Source: Candidatus Saccharimonadales bacterium
GTDB taxonomy: Bacteria; Patescibacteriota; Saccharimonadia; Saccharimonadales; JBBQYC01
Direction of reading: 5' to 3'
Assembly (NCBI GenBank): GCA_038209015.1
Contig: JBBQYC010000001.1
Span: 18,974 to 82,973 of the forward strand
Length of the DNA stretch: 64,000 nucleotides
Both the position numbers and the translations under genes were made by a program. This document shows, in pieces, positions 26,436 through 36,226 of this stretch (the first letter of the stretch is position 1; each line of letters opens with the position of its first letter). A model generated the notes under the pieces. That model was given only the letters and a program-made list of their open reading frames with translations, searched no databases and was not told where the DNA came from.

Positions 26436-26705
26436 GTGGCAGTAAACATACACCCACAAGCCGATTATGTGGTTGCTAAGCATGAAGCACCAGAAACCAA
26501 GACCGCCAGCGGCATATATCTACCGGATAATGCGAAAGAAAAGCCGAAAGAAGCTGTAGTAGTAGCTGTTGGCAGTGATGTCAAAGGCGTATCTGTCGGT
26601 GACAAAATTCTGTATAAGAATAGTTATGAAGCAACAGAAGTTACTCAAGGGAAAGACGAGTACATCGTAGTAGAGAAGAAAAATATCGTAGCAACCGTAA
26701 AGTAA
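26436..26705 (+). CDS. groES: co-chaperonin GroES (GTG start)
   Basis: GroES fold sequence (IYLPDNAKEKPKEAVVVAVGS...GDKILY). Upstream of groEL with a CIRCE element. Confidence 0.9.
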   Translation: MAVNIHPQADYVVAKHEAPETKTASGIYLPDNAKEKPKEAVVVAVGSDVKGVSVGDKILYKNSYEATEVTQGKDEYIVVEKKNIVATVK

Positions 26706-26816
26706 TTTATATTTTTCAATTAGTTCACTTTTCTCATTCGCCAAATGGCAAATAGTAAAATGATTGAAAACTGGTTAATGAATAATGATAAATCAAACGA
26801 CTACAAGGAGTAAGTA

Positions 26817-28460
26817 ATGGCTAAAAAAGTATTTTATGATGATGACGCGCGCCGTCGTGTGCTAGGTGGGGCAGAACTTTTATATAACGCAGTGAAAACA
26901 ACCATGGGGCCTAAGGGTCGCAACGTAGTAATTGATAAAAGCTACGGCAGCCCAACTGTCACGCATGACGGTGTTACCGTCGCAAAGGGCGTGGACATCG
27001 CTGATGTCGACGATGAAACACTAGGATACAAAGTTGGCGCTGAGCTTATCAAGCAAGCTGCTAATAAGATGAATGATGTTGCCGGTGACGGTACAACCAC
27101 AGTTACGGTGTTAACTTACAATATATTGAACGAAGCCAACAAGCTGATTGCTGCCGGCCACAATCCGATGCAGCTGCGAAAAGGTCTGGAAGCTGCAGCT
27201 CAAGATGTTATGAAGCAACTTGGCAGTATGGCCGAGGACATCAAGGCGAATAAGAAACGCGTGGCTGAAGTCGCGACTATCAGCGCTGGCGACGCTGAAA
27301 TCGGTGAGCTGATTGCTGATGTCATCGATAAGGTTGGTAAAGACGGCGTTGTTACTGTTGAAGAAGGCCAGGGACTTGAGCTGGAGAGCGAAGTCGTTGA
27401 AGGCTTCACCTTTGATAATGGCTTTGTCAGCCCGTACATGGTAACTGATAGCGCACGCATGGAAGCAATAGCTAACAAGCCGGCTATCGTTATCACTGAT
27501 AAGAAAATTAGCTCAATTCAAGAGTTCCTTCCCTTGATGGAAAAACTAGCACAGGCTGGTAAGAAAGACGTCGTTCTAATAGCCGAAGATGTCGAAGGCG
27601 AAGCACTCGGCACGCTTATACTGAACAAGCTTAAGGGCGTATTCAATACCATTGCGGTTAAGGCACCGGCATTTGGTGACCGCCGTAAGGATATCTTGAA
27701 TGACATCGCTATTTTGACCGGCGCACAAGTTATTACCGAAGACCGCGGTATGACGTTTGAAAACGTTGAACTCGATGTAGTTGGTACGGCCCGCAAAGTC
27801 ATAACTACCAAAGACAGCACGACAATTATCGAAGGTGCTGGAATGGTAACTGAGCTAGAGGCGCGGATTGATCAAATCATGAGCCAATCAAAACTTGCTA
27901 CCAGTGAATATGACAAAGAAAACCTTGATAAACGGGCTGCTGCACTGCGAGGTAAGGTTGCTGTTATTAAGGTAGGAGGCGCTACCGAAACTGAAATTGA
28001 AGAGAAGAAGTTCCGTGTTGATGATGCCGTAGCAGCTACCAAAGCGGCGCTGGACGAAGGTATCGTACCAGGCGGTGGAGTGACGCTCATTAACCTCAGC
28101 GATAGCATCAAGAGCGAAGGTGCGAGCAGTGAGTCTGCTGGTAAGCAGTTGCTGAAAACCGCACTGACACGTCCGTTTTACGAACTAATGAAAAACTCTG
28201 GCCTAAACCCTGACGAATGGTTACCTAAGATTCGTGAAGCTGGCGAGGGGCAGGGCGTAGATGTAAATGACCCGACCGGTTTAGTCGACATGAAAAAAGC
28301 CGGTATTGTTGACCCAGCTCGCGTTACTAAAGAAGCCATCCAGAATTCTGTGAGTATTGCTGGAACCAGCATGACCATGGGCGCGCTTGTGGTTGATGTT
28401 CCTGAAAAGGAAAGCAACGCTGGTGGTGGCGGTGGTATGCCTGGCATGGGCATGATGTAA
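26817..28460 (+). CDS. groEL: chaperonin GroEL
   Basis: AKKVFYDDDARRRVLGGAELLYNAVKTTMGPKGRNVV... and a C-terminal GGM repeat tail (GGGGGMPGMGMM). Confidence 0.95.
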   Translation: MAKKVFYDDDARRRVLGGAELLYNAVKTTMGPKGRNVVIDKSYGSPTVTHDGVTVAKGVDIADVDDETLGYKVGAELIKQAANKMNDVAGDGTTTVTVLTYNILNEANKLIAAGHNPMQLRKGLEAAAQDVMKQLGSMAEDIKANKKRVAEVATISAGDAEIGELIADVIDKVGKDGVVTVEEGQGLELESEVVEGFTFDNGFVSPYMVTDSARMEAIANKPAIVITDKKISSIQEFLPLMEKLAQAGKKDVVLIAEDVEGEALGTLILNKLKGVFNTIAVKAPAFGDRRKDILNDIAILTGAQVITEDRGMTFENVELDVVGTARKVITTKDSTTIIEGAGMVTELEARIDQIMSQSKLATSEYDKENLDKRAAALRGKVAVIKVGGATETEIEEKKFRVDDAVAATKAALDEGIVPGGGVTLINLSDSIKSEGASSESAGKQLLKTALTRPFYELMKNSGLNPDEWLPKIREAGEGQGVDVNDPTGLVDMKKAGIVDPARVTKEAIQNSVSIAGTSMTMGALVVDVPEKESNAGGGGGMPGMGMM

Positions 28461-28483
28461 ACCAAGCCAATGCATCACAAACA

Positions 28484-28515
28484 GGAGCCGGGCAAAGCCC
28501 GGCTTTTCTGTTTGT
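28484..28515 (+). terminator. rho-independent terminator after groEL
   Basis: AGCCGGGC-AAA-GCCCGGCT hairpin followed by TTTCTGTTTGTTT. Confidence 0.65.
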
Positions 28516-28729
28516 TTCTGGCGCTGATACTAATTTTTTCTTTACGATTCTCATTCACCGTACCGTCTGTACGGCTCATTCCGATTCGCTGAAAGAAATA
28601 AGCATCAGCATCCAGATGCATTACCTTGGCGGGCTTAGTTGGTGCTGCTTCCTCTCTGACCAACTGAGCTGGTCTGCTCACCACCCAATAGGAAATAAAA
28701 AACTCAGAGTGAATCCGAGTTTTTTACAT

Positions 28730-28999
28730 TTACAAAATAATATATGACAACAAGGGTAGTAAAAAAAGTACAAAGAATGTAACGGTTACAATGAATGCCA
28801 CAAGTCGGATAGCGGTATGTACATCTAATGCTCTTAGGACAAACCAGTAAGTCAGCAAAATTATTATAAGAGTTGCACCCAACCCTATTATGTAAATTAG
28901 ATCATTTCCTGTAGTGATATACAAAAAAACCATTGAACCAATAAAAATTGTAGATAATTGGTAAAAACGTTTTGGTATTAGGTACTTCTTATCATTCAT
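28730..28999 (-). CDS. small hypothetical membrane protein (3 TM)
   Basis: Hydrophobic ORF overlapping the upstream gene by 8 nt. Confidence 0.45.
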   Translation of the reverse strand: MNDKKYLIPKRFYQLSTIFIGSMVFLYITTGNDLIYIIGLGATLIIILLTYWFVLRALDVHTAIRLVAFIVTVTFFVLFLLPLLSYIIL

Positions 29000-29195
29000 C
29001 GTTAACTACCACACTGTGGAATATGGCTTGCCAACCGCGGTCGGTTTTTTCGTAGAGAACGCAACCACTGATGCCGGTATCTATACCAGATTCAAGGTCA
29101 TCTGATTCAATGATTATTCCACGTTCAATTTGTTGGCTGACAAAATTATTACCGGACTCAGGGTGCCTGTTCGGGCAAGCTTCAAAATCAGTCAT
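28992..29195 (-). CDS. hypothetical protein (67 aa)
   Basis: ORF overlapping 28730..28999 by 8 nt (coupled). Confidence 0.35.
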   Translation of the reverse strand: MTDFEACPNRHPESGNNFVSQQIERGIIIESDDLESGIDTGISGCVLYEKTDRGWQAIFHSVVVNDE

Positions 29196-29290
29196 ATACT
29201 CAGTATAGCAACAAACCTACTTATGGTTACGACAAACTTGATATTTATGCCACTATGTAGTATTCTAGGCATACGAAACGGGAGAATTGT

Positions 29291-29812
29291 ATGGCTAAAT
29301 GGTCACTTAAGAATCGTAACTCAGAGAGTAAACCACCAGATATGCCGCCTGCGGCAGAAAACTATTATCGTGCAGAAAAACGCGATCGTATGGTTGGTGT
29401 ATGGCTGCTTGGCCTAGCGACACTTGCGGTTACCGCAGTGCTTGCATTTTTACTATTCCTAGGTGGTCGTTGGGTGTACCGACAATTCACAGATAATGAA
29501 GCAAATGCACCAGAAACATCTCAAACCGAAGAGTCGAGCGAAGTTACTGGCGTTCCCGAAGCTCCTGCTGATAGTACACAGAATGATTCTGGTGACGAAA
29601 ACCAGAACAGTGGGACAGCCGACGTTGCTGGTACGAATGAAGATTCAGAAAATGATACTGACGCAAATAACGATGAAGGTACGGTGAGCGAAGAAGCTGC
29701 TACAACTGACCTGCCGAATACGGGTCCGGCTGATACTCTAGCACTTTTCCTTGGCGTAACTGTCATTGCGGCACTATTACACCGTACGGTGATTGCCAAA
29801 GAATCTCACTAA
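29291..29812 (+). CDS. LPXTG-type cell-wall-anchored acidic low-complexity surface protein (sortase substrate)
   Basis: N-terminal signal-anchor TM. D/E/S/T/N-rich linker. C-terminal LPNTG + hydrophobic stretch + basic tail (LPNTGPADTLALFLGVTVIAALLHRTVIAKESH). Confidence 0.7.
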   Translation: MAKWSLKNRNSESKPPDMPPAAENYYRAEKRDRMVGVWLLGLATLAVTAVLAFLLFLGGRWVYRQFTDNEANAPETSQTEESSEVTGVPEAPADSTQNDSGDENQNSGTADVAGTNEDSENDTDANNDEGTVSEEAATTDLPNTGPADTLALFLGVTVIAALLHRTVIAKESH

Positions 29813-29825
29813 AGTAGCCGTATAC

Positions 29826-29852
29826 AAAAAAAGGGGCACTAGCCCCTTTTTT
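29826..29852. terminator. bidirectional rho-independent terminator between convergent genes
   Basis: AAAAAAA-GGGGC-ACTA-GCCCC-TTTTTT. Confidence 0.65.
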
Positions 29853-29866
29853 AATTTCGAAATATA

Positions 29867-30292
29867 TTAGCTCTGATGTTTCTGTGAAAAATAGTTGATT
29901 TCGTTGATTACGTCCAGCAGTGCTTGGGCTTTCGATTTCTCATCTTCGATACCGTTAGCAGCTTCATAAGCGACCGGAATCAAACTGTCATCATCACTTG
30001 CCTGGATCATCATCATGGTTGTTCTGAATTTCTCCTCTGGCGTCTGTTCCAGGTGGCTCACAAGCGGGCTGAGCTGAGCAAGCGCTTGTTGCTTAATAGC
30101 CAATATATCAGTTGATGATGTCTGTGGAGACGTAGTGTCTTGTTGCGGCTGCGATGCGTGATCGCTAATCTGATGGTCCGGTAACTGATACGGATCTGTT
30201 TGTTGTGCTTGCGGGGGAACGCTACTGCCAGGCAAACTTATACTGCTCACATCACCCATTGGCTGAGCCTGTGTGTTATTCCTATCGAACAT
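29867..30292 (-). CDS. hypothetical protein, Q/S/T/P-rich disordered N-terminus
   Basis: ORF only. Confidence 0.45.
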   Translation of the reverse strand: MFDRNNTQAQPMGDVSSISLPGSSVPPQAQQTDPYQLPDHQISDHASQPQQDTTSPQTSSTDILAIKQQALAQLSPLVSHLEQTPEEKFRTTMMMIQASDDDSLIPVAYEAANGIEDEKSKAQALLDVINEINYFSQKHQS

Positions 30293-30367
30293 ATCTAACC
30301 ACCCCCTTGAATAGCATTATGAAATTACTCTACAATAAGCATAACAATAAATGACTGGAGAAAAAAG

Positions 30368-31405
30368 ATGTCGGTGCTAGATGATTTGAAGTTAATCCAC
30401 CACCGAGACGCCCAAGACGCTCTAGGAATTGCCATGAACCAGTGGAAACAGCTGGAAACAGATGTTGTATTTGACTGGAAAACAGATAAAAAAATAACCT
30501 CTATCGTATTAGCGGGGATGGGAGGCTCTGCGCTGGCTGGACTCTTGAGTACTACCTGGCCGGATTACCACGTTCCGTTTGAGTTGTGCAGGGAGTACGA
30601 TATACCGTCGCACGTCAATGACCATACATTGTTCATTGCTTCCAGCTATTCTGGAAATACTGAAGAAGTGCTTTCGGCGCTCGCGCAAGCTGAAGAGCGC
30701 GGCGCGATTATTGTATGCATGTCATCGGGTGGGAAGCTCCAAGAAATTGCTCAGCAGAAAAACCATCCATTTATATTGCTGCCGACGGCCAGCCAGCCAC
30801 GCTTCGCAGTCTTAGGCGGTCTAAAGGCGTATGTAGCGGTCTTGGAGCGAGCAGGATGCGTTAAAACGAGCGATGCAGAGCAAGCTATGCATGCATCAGC
30901 TGCATTTCTGCGGGAAGCGGTCAGCGCCTGGGCTCCGGAGGTTCCAACCAAGGATAATCCTGCCAAACAGCTAGCCTTGGAGCTCATGGGCAAATCAGTT
31001 GTTATATATGCCGGTCCAAAACTGTATCCAGCCGCATATAAGTGGAAGATTAGCTTTAATGAAAACGCTAAGAACGTGGCGTGGTGCAATACTATCCCCG
31101 AATTCAATCACAATGAATTTTTGGGATGGACAAGCCACCCAGTCAAAAAGCCGTATGCTGTTATTGATTTACGTTCCAGCCGCGAACATCCGCGGGTACA
31201 AAAACGATTCGAGGTTACCGAACGTCTGCTTTCCGGGCAGCGTCCCGCACCTGAGGTAGTAGACGTACAGGGGGCAGATGACTTACAACAGCTATTGTGG
31301 GCTGTCGCGTTTGGTGATTTCGTGAGCTTGTACCTGGCTATTTTGAATGGGCTTAATCCCACTCCGGTTGATGCGATTGAGAAGTTCAAAAAGCTACTCA
31401 ATTAG
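30368..31405 (+). CDS. bifunctional phosphoglucose/phosphomannose isomerase family (SIS domain)
   Basis: SIS motif VLAGMGGSALAG. Size and domain order typical of archaeal-type PGI/PMI. Confidence 0.7.
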   Translation: MSVLDDLKLIHHRDAQDALGIAMNQWKQLETDVVFDWKTDKKITSIVLAGMGGSALAGLLSTTWPDYHVPFELCREYDIPSHVNDHTLFIASSYSGNTEEVLSALAQAEERGAIIVCMSSGGKLQEIAQQKNHPFILLPTASQPRFAVLGGLKAYVAVLERAGCVKTSDAEQAMHASAAFLREAVSAWAPEVPTKDNPAKQLALELMGKSVVIYAGPKLYPAAYKWKISFNENAKNVAWCNTIPEFNHNEFLGWTSHPVKKPYAVIDLRSSREHPRVQKRFEVTERLLSGQRPAPEVVDVQGADDLQQLLWAVAFGDFVSLYLAILNGLNPTPVDAIEKFKKLLN

Positions 31406-31447
31406 ATCATGCTTGTAGTCGAACGCCAATAAGCGCATTATGAAAAC

Positions 31448-32173
31448 ATGAAAATCGTCTCAACAGATGATATCAAAAACCTAGGCACGATTTTATGTCT
31501 TGGTGCGCATCCGGATGATGAAACATATACGGCCGGTGGCATATTGGCTGCAGCAGCAGCGAATGGTCAGCAAGTAGTGTGTATAACAGCAACGAGGGGA
31601 GAGCAAGGCGTACAGGATGAACGACGTTGGCCGCGTGCCAGCCTGGCGGCTACACGGGAAGCTGAACTTGCATCAGCTCTGGCCGTTCTCGGTGTTAAGA
31701 ACCATCACTGGCTTTCCTACAAAGATGGATGTTGCGGCGATGTTTCATCAGCTGATGCCGTAGATGCACTGCGACCGCTCTTATTACGCTATCAACCAGA
31801 CACTATCCTGACATTCGGGCCTGATGGAATGACGGGGCATGAAGACCATTCGGCGGTATCGAACTGGGCAGCGGCAGCCAAGCAGGAGCTAGGATTAAAA
31901 GCGAATATGTATCATGCGGTTATAGCTCAGGATATATATGACGATTACTTACAGGAACTCGATAAGCACTTGAATATGTTTTTTAATATCGATAAGCCCC
32001 CACTTCGGCAGGCATCGGTATGTGATATTTCGTTCCAGTTGACTGATGACATATGTGTGCAAAAATGCAATGCGCTTCGAGCTATGCCATCTCAAACCAG
32101 CGGACTGTTTAAGCGTTTTACTACTGAATGGATCTGCAGGGCATGGGCCAAAGAAACTTTCGTAAAGACGTAG
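31448..32173 (+). CDS. PIG-L/LmbE family N-acetylglucosaminyl deacetylase
   Basis: LCLGAHPDDE and HEDH motifs. Confidence 0.75.
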   Translation: MKIVSTDDIKNLGTILCLGAHPDDETYTAGGILAAAAANGQQVVCITATRGEQGVQDERRWPRASLAATREAELASALAVLGVKNHHWLSYKDGCCGDVSSADAVDALRPLLLRYQPDTILTFGPDGMTGHEDHSAVSNWAAAAKQELGLKANMYHAVIAQDIYDDYLQELDKHLNMFFNIDKPPLRQASVCDISFQLTDDICVQKCNALRAMPSQTSGLFKRFTTEWICRAWAKETFVKT

Positions 32174-32213
32174 TAGCATTGACTTATAACTAGTAAAATG
32201 TTAATATATACAA

Positions 32214-32696
32214 ATGAAGGAATCATTTCCATCAAACAAAAATTACGAATTACAACAAGCATATCTTAGGCAAAAACAAGCAGACATCAGTCAAAAGCTG
32301 TTTGAGGCTGGAGTAAGCCCACGTATCTTAGAGGTTCAAGAAGGCCATGGTGCTAAGATTGCTTCGCGTGGGCTGGATATGTTGAATGTACAATGTTTCC
32401 CAGTTAGAAAAAAACGCACGACTTCGTTAGGCGATGAACTCACCGTAATAAATTTATGCGTGAAACAAGAAGATACCGAACGATCCGCAGCTTCATACAA
32501 ATACATTCCTGTCGGTACGCTTGATCGTTCGGGAGTGATTATATATCCCTCCAAGGGAATAATCCCGGAAGATGCCGAAGCAGTCCTTATGGCAGGGCTC
32601 GATCTTGCGGCTGCCAGGGATTCAGGCGAACTACCGGATCTAGACTGGTCACTTCAATCTGTACGAAACCCAAACACTGCTATCAAGAAAGCCTAA
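32214..32696 (+). CDS. hypothetical protein (160 aa)
   Basis: ORF only. Confidence 0.4.
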   Translation: MKESFPSNKNYELQQAYLRQKQADISQKLFEAGVSPRILEVQEGHGAKIASRGLDMLNVQCFPVRKKRTTSLGDELTVINLCVKQEDTERSAASYKYIPVGTLDRSGVIIYPSKGIIPEDAEAVLMAGLDLAAARDSGELPDLDWSLQSVRNPNTAIKKA

Positions 32697-33214
32697 ATAG
32701 GCTGTTTTTTATACCCGATCTTGTAGCCGATGTATGAGATTGCCAGGTGTAATCCGAAGTACACTACAAAAATAGTTACAATCACCCACAGTGGAACAGA
32801 TACGACCAGGCTAACTGCTAGCAATCCTCCAATGATGTAATCTATTTGATCAAAAGGGAACCAGCTTGAGCCGGGGTTTATATTGAGCTGGCGCTTGACC
32901 ATGCTTTCCAGAGCGTCGCCGGCTAATGCGCCGAAACCAAGCAATCCACCAATGATATACAGCGGGGCGGGGCCAACCGCATTTGGCACAATCATCCCGA
33001 TTACTACCGCCGATAGCGCGCCTACAACCGTACCCATAATGAGGCCACGCCAGGTTTTATTGGCTCCAAACAGCGGTCTACCACGTAGTTTCAAGCCGAA
33101 GTCTATTGGCGTGTTCCACTGGTCTAGTAATGGTAAACGGCTGGCGAAAACTGGCGCCATATTGGCAAGGCCCGCTGGTAGAAAAAACAGTATTGCAGCT
33201 ATGTAATCGTTCAT
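32693..33214 (-). CDS. CTP-transferase family integral membrane protein (CdsA/CarS-like, short CarS-sized form)
   Basis: KTWRG and GDALESMVKRQ motifs and a C-terminal FPFDQIDYIIGG. 173 aa with 5 TM. Confidence 0.55.
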   Translation of the reverse strand: MNDYIAAILFFLPAGLANMAPVFASRLPLLDQWNTPIDFGLKLRGRPLFGANKTWRGLIMGTVVGALSAVVIGMIVPNAVGPAPLYIIGGLLGFGALAGDALESMVKRQLNINPGSSWFPFDQIDYIIGGLLAVSLVVSVPLWVIVTIFVVYFGLHLAISYIGYKIGYKKQPI

Positions 33215-33873
33215 TTTTTGAGCTTCTTTTTGAGCTTATTAAATTTTGGATAGAGCAGTGCTCGTGCGCTTGGGCGCATAGTAAATGGTATCCCAGCTGC
33301 TAACTGACTGACAAGATTTGTTTGGTCGATCGGTTTTAATACAGTGGTATAGGTACGACCTAGTCCCATAAACCCGTGCGCATCACTACTCGCGACCCCA
33401 GGTATTCTATTAAGCTTGGCATACACGGCCGCTTGCTGACTGCGGTTTTGTAAGAATGCACGGCCATTCACGACTTCAAAAATATCAATATCACTGATAC
33501 AAGCATCTAAATCTTTGGGGTGCAGCCCCTGGCGGACCGTTTCAAATGGGTGTGGAATATATACCAAACCACCCTGGCGTTTGATTGCATGAATGGTGGC
33601 TTTCAGCGACTGGTTGGGTGCTATAACCTCTGATAAAAATAGCCCGATTATCTCACCGGACTCAGTTAGGATTTCCTCGCCTACTATAACCTGGTGACCG
33701 AGGGCGTCCCGTAGATGCAGCGCAAAATCTATGCTGTTATGATCTGTTACTGCTACAAAATCAAGCAACTGCGAACTGAGCGCTTTACGATATTGGTCTA
33801 TAGTGATGCCGCCGTCAGGGCTGGCAGACGAATGCGTGTGCAAGTCAATCTTATACACTCGATAACCGCCCAA
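33211..33873 (-). CDS. PHP-domain metal-dependent phosphoesterase
   Basis: IDLHTHSSASPDG and VTDHN motifs. Confidence 0.7.
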   Translation of the reverse strand: MGGYRVYKIDLHTHSSASPDGGITIDQYRKALSSQLLDFVAVTDHNSIDFALHLRDALGHQVIVGEEILTESGEIIGLFLSEVIAPNQSLKATIHAIKRQGGLVYIPHPFETVRQGLHPKDLDACISDIDIFEVVNGRAFLQNRSQQAAVYAKLNRIPGVASSDAHGFMGLGRTYTTVLKPIDQTNLVSQLAAGIPFTMRPSARALLYPKFNKLKKKLKK

Positions 33874-34555
33874 GGATATTAGCTAGACGGGTTAGTATTG
33901 TGATTATGCCTAAGACCAGGATGATTGCTAATACATACGGTATCTGGCTGAATAAAAAGCCAACAACCAGCAAAAACATTCGTACTTCAAAGCCGAGAAC
34001 ACCGCCACGGAATGTTTTGTTTACCGGATGGGCAGTATCAGACTGAGTCGAGAGGACAGCTTCACCCCACGCATTTAGATAGCTAATGAGGATGGAAACA
34101 CCTACGCAAGCCAGTGCTAAAACCGCTAAGTAAGGACTATCTGTAAAATATATCGTCCACCAGCCAATGCCAACGTACAGCACAACTTCTTTTATGCGGT
34201 CGGTAAAAGAATCAAGAAACATACCGCTGGCACTTGTCGATTTCTGCAATCGTGCCAGTTCGCCGTCCAGCGTATCGAATAATCCAAAAATGATCAGTAA
34301 AATCCCTGAAACGAACAAGTAATCGCTGGCCACTAAATAGGCAATAGGGATATGAGCTGCCAGCCCCGCGAGGGTGATACTGGTCGGTGTTAGTGTACCG
34401 CGCGATAGCGAATTCAGAGCCTTTGCGAGTGTGTGCATAAGACTACGGACCACTGTTTTAATAGTCTGCATAGCCACATTATACGGTGTTATTGCTTTAT
34501 ATCGGAATGATGGGAAAACAGTTAGCAGCCCAAAGTGTTTAGTTTTATCGCACAT
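33851..34555 (-). CDS. CDP-alcohol phosphatidyltransferase family protein
   Basis: DTLDGELARLQKSTSASGMFLDSFTDRIKE matches D-G-x2-A-R-x8-G-x3-D-x3-D. Confidence 0.75.
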   Translation of the reverse strand: MCDKTKHFGLLTVFPSFRYKAITPYNVAMQTIKTVVRSLMHTLAKALNSLSRGTLTPTSITLAGLAAHIPIAYLVASDYLFVSGILLIIFGLFDTLDGELARLQKSTSASGMFLDSFTDRIKEVVLYVGIGWWTIYFTDSPYLAVLALACVGVSILISYLNAWGEAVLSTQSDTAHPVNKTFRGGVLGFEVRMFLLVVGFLFSQIPYVLAIILVLGIITILTRLANILGRLSSV

Positions 34556-36226
34556 AGTTCATCTATCTGTGCATCTGGTATAGTTTTAGGGATGAGACAG
34601 CAGTTGCGACAAAATATTATTGGTGTATGCCAACGTCTATTTAATCAAGAAGTTGATGTGGTCCTTACTAGGCCTGATTCACAGTTTGGTGACTTTGCCT
34701 GTAATGTCGCCCTTCAGCTGGCGAAACCCCTGGGTAAAAATCCGAGGGAAGTTGCTCAGATGATTGCTGATGAGCTCGCTCAAGATGAGCTATTGCAATC
34801 GGTTTCAGTAGCCGGCCCAGGATTTATAAATATGTTCTTGACTGATGAAGCGCTACTGAAACTAGCAGGTAGCCATTACGAAGGAGGCGCTGGCCAGACA
34901 GTCGTAATTGAAACCAATAATCCAAATCCATTTAAGGCGATGCATATAGGACACGCCTACAATGCGATTACTGCAGATACAATGGCTAATCTTCTGCAGT
35001 ACGAGGGAAACGACGTGCACCGAGTAAGCTATCACGGCGATGTTGGTGCCCATGTTGGCAAGAGTATGTATTCTATTCTTGAATGGCTCGATGGCGACAC
35101 ATCAAAGCTGGAGACAATTGCTATCGACGAGCGCAATAGCTTCATGTCAGAGCATTATGCTCGCGGAGCTGCAGCATACGATAAAGATGAAACTACAAAA
35201 CAGAAAATCAATGAACTTGCTAAGCAATCCTTTAAGCTCGATGACCAAACATATAAGACAGTCTATGAAATTTGTATTGCCTGGAGTTTTGAAGAAATCG
35301 ACAGGATCATTGATCGGCTTGGGAATAATCGGGTTGAAAAACGGTATTTAGAAAGTCAGGCAAACGCACTTGGTGTAGCCACGGTCCAAGACCATGTCGG
35401 GACGGTTTTTCGTGAAAGTGACGGCGCCGTAGTGTTTGATGGTGAACAATACGGTAGTTTCACGAATGTATTTGTGGCTAGTAACGGTGAAGGCTTATAT
35501 GCCGCCCGCGACCTCGGTCTCATGCAGCTCAAGCATCAGGACTTCCAAGCTGACAAAAGCTATATTGTAACCGGCGGGGAACAGAGAGATTACTTCAAAG
35601 GTGTCATTGCCGCTGCCGAACAATGCCTACCGGATCTAAAAGGTGTCACTGTGAACGTTTCAACCGGACTCGTCAAACTGTCGACTGGTAAAATGAGTTC
35701 GCGTACCGGCGACGTGCTTGACATACATTGGTTATTTGAACAGATGGAGGAGGCGGTAGAAGCTCGGGGTAGCGCAGCCGATCACATACTGCTCGGCGCT
35801 ATACGGTACGAATTCCTAAAAGTAAAAATAGGCAGTGATGTTGTGTTCGATGTTGGCGAAGCGGTTAGTATCAAGGGAAATACCGGCCCATATTTACAAT
35901 ACGCTCACGCCCGTGCACGAAGTATTCTGCGCAAGAGTGAAATTCAGTCTGAAAATATCATGAATCTTGAGGAAGATGAGCGTTCGCTGGTTCGAAAATT
36001 AGGGGAGTATGAACAGACGGTTGAACTGGCCGTTTCCGAATTGCTCCCCCACTATGTCTGCACGTATTTATACGAGCTTGCACAAGTATTCAACCGGTTC
36101 TATGAGTCCAACACGGTCATCGGCCATGAACGTGAAGCCCAGCGGTTGCAGCTGGTGGATATGTACTCACAGACACTTAGAAATGGCCTGGATATCCTCA
36201 ATATCACCGCTCCGGAGCAGATGTAA
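34535..36226 (+). CDS. argS: arginine--tRNA ligase
   Basis: Class I HIGH (MHIGHAYN) and an anticodon-binding C-terminal domain. The true start is probably the internal ATG at ~34592 (MRQQLRQNIIG). Confidence 0.85.
   Translation: MFSFIAHSSSICASGIVLGMRQQLRQNIIGVCQRLFNQEVDVVLTRPDSQFGDFACNVALQLAKPLGKNPREVAQMIADELAQDELLQSVSVAGPGFINMFLTDEALLKLAGSHYEGGAGQTVVIETNNPNPFKAMHIGHAYNAITADTMANLLQYEGNDVHRVSYHGDVGAHVGKSMYSILEWLDGDTSKLETIAIDERNSFMSEHYARGAAAYDKDETTKQKINELAKQSFKLDDQTYKTVYEICIAWSFEEIDRIIDRLGNNRVEKRYLESQANALGVATVQDHVGTVFRESDGAVVFDGEQYGSFTNVFVASNGEGLYAARDLGLMQLKHQDFQADKSYIVTGGEQRDYFKGVIAAAEQCLPDLKGVTVNVSTGLVKLSTGKMSSRTGDVLDIHWLFEQMEEAVEARGSAADHILLGAIRYEFLKVKIGSDVVFDVGEAVSIKGNTGPYLQYAHARARSILRKSEIQSENIMNLEEDERSLVRKLGEYEQTVELAVSELLPHYVCTYLYELAQVFNRFYESNTVIGHEREAQRLQLVDMYSQTLRNGLDILNITAPEQM

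Noticed and set aside
27200-28554. Six antisense ORFs within groEL
   Set aside because: groEL is unambiguous. The antisense frames are Ser/Thr/Ala-rich artefacts of its codon composition.
28475-28684. 69-aa minus-strand ORF downstream of the groEL terminator
   Set aside because: It overlaps the groEL terminator region. It has a basic low-complexity translation, no RBS and no homology.
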